Source of the DNA: Eledone cirrhosa | Taxonomy: Eukaryota | DNA length: 64,000 nt | Assembly (NCBI GenBank): GCA_964016885.1 | Contig: OZ024743.1 | Span: 307,582,001-307,646,000 of the forward strand | Direction: 5' to 3' | Shown: piece after piece, positions 59,501-64,000 of the stretch | How positions within the stretch are numbered: the first letter of the stretch is position 1 | How the letters are laid out: each line of letters begins with the position of its first letter | Translations under genes and position numbers: made by a program | The notes under the pieces: model-generated | The model's input: only the letters and a program-made list of their open reading frames with translations | Databases searched by the model: none | What the model was told of the DNA's origin: nothing

Positions 59501-62500
59501 GGATGTGTAAAGTTTGTGTCTGTAAAGGTTTGAAAGATAGGAGGTGTGCATGCCCTGCTGGATGTGTAAAGTTTGTGTCTGTAAAGGTTTGAAAGATAGG
59601 AGGTGAGCATGCCCTGCTGGATGTGTAAAGTTTGTGTCTGTAAAGGTTTGAAAGATAGGAGGTGAGCATGTCCTGCTGGATGTGTAAAGTTTGTGTCGGT
59701 AAAGGTTTGAAAGATAGGAGGTGAGCATGCCTTGCTGGATGTGTAAAGTTTGTGTCTGTCAAGGTTTGAAAGATAGGAGGTGAGCATGCCTTGATGGATG
59801 TGTAATGTTTGTGTCTGTAAAGGTTTGAAAGATAGGAGGTGAGCATGCCTTGCTGGATGTGTAAAGTTTGTGTCTGTAAAGGTTTGAAAGATAGGAGGTG
59901 AGCATGCCTTGCTGGATGTGTAAAGTTTGTGTCTGTAAAGGTTTGAAAGATAGGATGTGAGCATGCCTTGCTGGATGTGTAAAGTTTGTGTCTGTAAAGG
60001 TTTTGAAAGATAGGTGGTGAGCATGCCTTGCTGGATGTGTAAAGTTTGTGTCTGTAAAGGTTTGAAAGGTAGGAGGTGAGCATGCCTTGCTGGATGTGTA
60101 AAGTTTGTGTCTGTAAAGGTTTGAAAGATATGAGGTGAGCATGCCCTGCTGGATGTGTAAAGTTTGTGTCTGTAAATGTTTGAAAGGTAGGAGGTGAGCA
60201 TGCCCTGCTGGATGTGTAAAGTTTGTGTCTGTAAAGGTTTGAAAGGTAGGAGGTGAGCATGCCCTGCTGGATGTGTAAAGTTTGTGTCTGTAAAGGTTTG
60301 AAAGATAGGAGGTGAGCATGCCTTGCTGGATGTGTAAAGTTTGTGTCTGTAAAGGTTTGAAAGATAGGAGGTGAGCATGCCCTGCTGGATGTGTAAAGTT
60401 TGTGTCTGTAAAGGTTTGAAAGATAGGAGGTGAGCATGCCCTGCTGGATGTGTAAAGTGTGTGTCTGTAAAGGTTTGAAAGATAGGAGGTGAGCATGCCT
60501 TGCTGGATGTGTAAAGTTTGTGTCTGTAAAGGTTTGAAAGATAGGTGAGCATGCCTTGCTTCATGTGTAAAGTTTGTCTGTAAAGGTTTGAAAGATAGGT
60601 GAGCATGCCTTGATGGATGTGTAAAGTTTGTGTCTGTAAAGGTTTGAAAGATAGGTGAGCATGCCTTGATGGATGTGTAAAGTTTGTGTCTGTAAAGGTT
60701 TGAAAGATAGGAGGTCAGCATGCCTTGCTGGATGTGTAAAGTTTGTGTCTGTAAAGGTTTGAAAGATAGGTGAGCAAGCCTTGATGGATGTGTAAAGTTT
60801 GTGTCTGTAAAGGTTTGAAAGATAGGTGAGCATGCCTTGATGGATGTGTAAAGTTTGTGTCTGTAAAGGTTTGAAAGATAGGAGGTGAGCATGCCCTGCT
60901 GGATGTGTAAAGTTTGTGTCTGTAAAGGTTTGAAAGATAGGAGGTGAGCATGCCCTGCTGGATGTGTAAAGTTTGTGTATGTAAAGGTTTGAAAGATAGG
61001 TGAGCATGCCTTGCTGGATGTGTAAAGTTTGTGTCTGTAAAGGTTTGAAAGATAGGAGGTGTGCATGCCCTGCTGGATGTGTAAAGTTTGTGTCTGTAAA
61101 GGTTTGAAAGATAGGAGGTGAGCATGCCCTGCTGGATGTGTAAAGTTTGTGTCTGTAAAGGTTTGAAAGATAGGAGGTGAGCATGTCCTGCTGGATGTGT
61201 AAAGTTTGTGTCGGTAAAGGTTTGAAAGATAGGAGGTGAGCATGCCTTGCTGGATGTGTAAAGTTTGTGTCTGTCAAGGTTTGAAAGATAGGAGGTGAGC
61301 ATGCCTTGATGGATGTGTAATGTTTGTGTCTGTAAAGGTTTGAAAGATAGGAGGTGAGCATGCCTTGCTGGATGTGTAAAGTTTGTGTCTGTAAAGGTTT
61401 GAAAGATAGGAGGTGAGCATGCCTTGCTGGATGTGTAAAGTTTGTGTCTGTAAAGGTTTGAAAGATAGGATGTGAGCATGCCTTGCTGGATGTGTAAAGT
61501 TTGTGTCTGTAAAGGTTTTGAAAGATAGCTGGTGAGCATGCCTTGCTGGATGTGTAAAGTTTGTGTCTGTAAAGGTTTGAAAGGTAGGAGGTGAGCATGC
61601 CTTGCTGGATGTGTAAAGTTTGTGTCTGTAAAGGTTTGAAAGATATGAGGTGAGCATGCCCTGCTGGATGTGTAAAGTTTGTGTCTGTAAATGTTTGAAA
61701 GGTAGGAGGTGAGCATGCCCTGCTGGATGTGTAAAGTTTGTGTCTGTAAAGGTTTGAAAGGTAGGAGGTGAGCATGCCCTGCTGGATGTGTAAAGTTTGT
61801 GTCTGTAAAGGTTTGAAAGATAGGAGGTGAGCATGCCTTGCTGGATGTGTAAAGTTTGTGTCTGTAAAGGTTTGAAAGATAGGAGGTGAGCATGCCCTGC
61901 TGGATGTGTAAAGTTTGTGTCTGTAAAGGTTTGAAAGATAGGAGGTGAGCATGCCCTGCTGGATGTGTAAAGTGTGTGTCTGTAAAGGTTTGAAAGATAG
62001 GAGGTGAGCATGCCTTGCTGGATGTGTAAAGTTTGTGTCTGTAAAGGTTTGAAAGATAGGTGAGCATGCCTTGCTTCATGTGTAAAGTTTGTCTGTAAAG
62101 GTTTGAAAGATAGGTGAGCATGCCTTGATGGATGTGTAAAGTTTGTGTCTGTAAAGGTTTGAAAGATAGGTGAGCATGCCTTGATGGATGTGTAAAGTTT
62201 GTGTCTGTAAAGGTTTGAAAGATAGGAGGTCAGCATGCCTTGCTGGATGTGTAAAGTTTGTGTCTGTAAAGGTTTGAAAGATAGGTGAGCAAGCCTTGAT
62301 GGATGTGTAAAGTTTGTGTCTGTAAAGGTTTGAAAGATAGGCGAGCATGCCTTGATGGATGTGTAAAGTTTGTGTCTGTAAAGGTTTGAAAGATAGGAGG
62401 TGAGCATGCCCTGCTGGATGTGTAAAGTTTGTGTCTGTAAAGGTTTGAAAGATAGGAGGTGAGCATGCCTTGCTGGATGTGTAAAGTTTGTGTCTGTAAA

Positions 62501-64000
62501 GGTTTGAAAGATAGGTGAGCAAGCCTTGATGGATGTGTAAAGTTTGTGTCTGTAAAGGTATGAAAGATAGGAGGTGAGCATGCCCTGCTGGATGTGTAAA
62601 GTTTGTGTCTGTAAAGGTTTGAAAGATAGGTGAGCATGCCTTGCTGGATGTGTAAAGTTTGTGCCTGTAAAGGTTTGAAAGATAGGAGGTGAGCATGCCC
62701 TGCTGGATGTGTAAAGTTTGTGTCTGTAAAGGTTTGAAAGATAGGAGGTGAGCATGCCTTGCTGGATGTGTAAAGTTTGTGTCTGTAAAGGTTTGAAAGA
62801 TAGGTGAGCATGCCTTGCTGGATGTGTAAAGTTGGTGTCTGTAAAGGTTTGAAAGATAGGAGGTGAGCATGCCTTGCTGGATGTGAAAAGTTTGTGTCTG
62901 TAAAGGTTTGAAAGATAGGTGAGCATGCCTTGCTGGATGTGTAAAGTTGGTGTCTGTAAAGGTTTGAAAGATAGGAGGTGAGCATGCCTTGCTGGATGTG
63001 TAAAGTTTGTGTCTGTAAAGGTTTGAAAGATAGGAGGTGAGCATGCCCTGCTGGATGTGTAAAGTTTGTGCCTGTAAAGGTTTGAAAGATAGGAGGTGAG
63101 CATGCCTTGATGGATGTGTAAAGTTTGTGTCTGTAAAGGTTTGAAAGATAGGAGGTGAGCATGCCTTGCTGGATGTGTAAAGTTTGTGTCTGTAAAGGTT
63201 TGAAAGATAGGAGGTGAGCATGCCCTGCTGGATGTGTAAAGTTTGTGTCTGTAAAGGTTTGAAAGATAGGAGGTGAGCATGCCTTGCTGGATGTGTAAAG
63301 TTTGTGTCTGTAAAGGTTTGAAAGATAGGAGGTGAGCATGCCCTGCTGGATGTGTAAAGTTTGTGTCTGTAAAGGTTTGAAAGATAGGAGGTGAGCATGC
63401 CCTGCTGGATGTGTAAAGTGTGTGTCTGTAAAGGTTTGAAAGATAGGAGGTGAGCATGCCTTGCTGGATGTGAAAAGTTTGTGTCTGTAAAGGTTTGAAA
63501 GATAGGTGAGCATGCCTTGCTTCATGTGTAAAGTTTGTCTGTAAAGGTTTGAAAGATAGGTGAGCATGCCTTGATGGATGTGTAAAGTTTGTGTCTGTAA
63601 AGGTTTGAAAGATAGGTGAGCATGCCTTGATGGATGTGTAAAGTTTGTGTCTGTAAAGGTTTGAAAGATAGGTGAGCATGCCTTGATGTATGTGTAAAGT
63701 TTGTGTCTGTAAAGGTTTGAAAGATAGGTGAGCATGCCTTGATGGATGTGTAAAGTTTGTGTCTGTAAAGGTTTGAAAGATAGGAGGTGAGCATGCCTTG
63801 CTGGATGTGTAAAGTTTGTGTCTGTAAAGGTTTGAAAGATAGGTGAGCAAGCCTTGATGGATGTGTAAAGTTTGTGTCTGTAAAGGTTTGAAAGATAGGA
63901 GGTGAGCATGCCTTGCTGGATGTGTAAAGTTTGTGTCTGTAAAGGTTTGAAAGATAGGTGAGCATGCCTTGCTGGATGTGTAAAGTTGGTGTCTGTAAAG
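53579..64000. repeat. Tandem duplication with 5747-bp period (copy 1 53579-59325; copy 2 59326 to window end, with an extra 115 bp near 62.9 kb)
   Basis: +5747 for 53606/59353, 54012/59759, 54814/60561, 55527/61274, 56483/62230 and 56595/62342; +5862 for 57660/63522. Confidence 0.92.
53635..56722. repeat. Tandem duplication with 1515-bp period (26 monomers), nested in the 5747-bp unit and repeated at ~59382-62469
   Basis: +1515 for 53717/55232, 54012/55527, 54814/56329 and 54968/56483. The +1 T marker GGTTTTGAAA and GGTGTGCATG each occur four times, at these positions and at +5747. Confidence 0.92.

Larger units (their letters stand above)
1..64000. repeat. Tandem satellite/minisatellite array, 59-bp monomer (56-bp minor variant), about 1,100 copies, single orientation, extends beyond both window ends
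   Basis: Seen directly: each 60-nt line repeats the previous one shifted by one base (period 59). Consensus 1-59 is GCATGCCTTGCTGGATGTGTAAAGTTTGTGTCTGTAAAGGTTTGAAAGATAGGAGGTGA (20 G, 5 C, 15 A, 19 T; 42% GC; no CpG; one SphI site GCATGC). Monomers typically differ by only a few substitutions or by the ATAGGAGGTGA>ATAGGTGA deletion. Confidence 0.99.

Noticed and set aside
1082-63965. All long minus-strand ORFs in the track (up to 1712 aa) as protein-coding genes
   Set aside because: They overlap in all three frames with the same periodic peptide, start and stop at repeat variants, have no unique domain or termini, and follow automatically from a stop-free 59-bp unit.
1-64000. CRISPR array
   Set aside because: No unique spacers: the whole 59 bp is repeated and varies only by point changes. 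There is no leader and no cas genes.
1-64000. Rolling-circle or reverse-transcriptase concatemer (DRT2/neo-like) or amplification artefact
   Set aside because: Variants are inherited in nested multi-kb blocks, which requires long-term genomic evolution rather than repeated copying of one template. No RT gene is present in the window.
1-64000. Telomeric repeat or G-quadruplex array
   Set aside because: Despite the G/T-rich strand, the consensus has no GGG runs or TTAGGG-type unit, and the 59-bp period with higher-order structure is unlike telomerase products.
1-64000. tRNA, rRNA, structured ncRNA, transposon insertion or orientation switch
   Set aside because: No non-repeat sequence or reverse-complement monomer was seen on read-through, and the monomer offers only a short imperfect dyad.

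Overview
The whole 64-kb window is one uninterrupted, head-to-tail tandem array of roughly 1,100 copies of a 59-bp unit. The consensus is GCATGCC(T/C)TGCTGGATGTGTAAAGTTTGTGTCTGTAAAGGTTTGAAAGATAGGAGGTGA, and a common 56-bp variant lacks one AGG. I saw no unique sequence, inversion, transposon, RNA gene or conventional gene, and both window ends lie inside the array. It looks most like a eukaryotic satellite or giant minisatellite; I cannot name the family or organism. All long minus-strand ORFs in the track are by-products of the consensus having no minus-strand stop codon. Diagnostic monomer variants reveal nested higher-order duplications, with offsets of 118, 685, 1515, 1876, 2844, 4363, 5747, 11633/12453, 17929 and 21482/24326 bp. 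Two signals are not shown by the ORF track. (1) On the + strand each consensus monomer is almost exactly one complete mini-gene-like unit: AGGAGGTGA (Shine-Dalgarno-like), GC, then ATG...TGA, translating to the Cys-rich 18-mer MPCWMCKVCVCKGLKDRR. The commonest SNP is synonymous and the commonest indel removes one codon, although many amplified nonsense variants argue against coding function. (2) Several variants reciprocally perfect a quasi-palindrome around GCATGC, which suggests template-switch mutagenesis. All coordinates and offsets were read by eye and from the ORF track; block boundaries are approximate unless stated.
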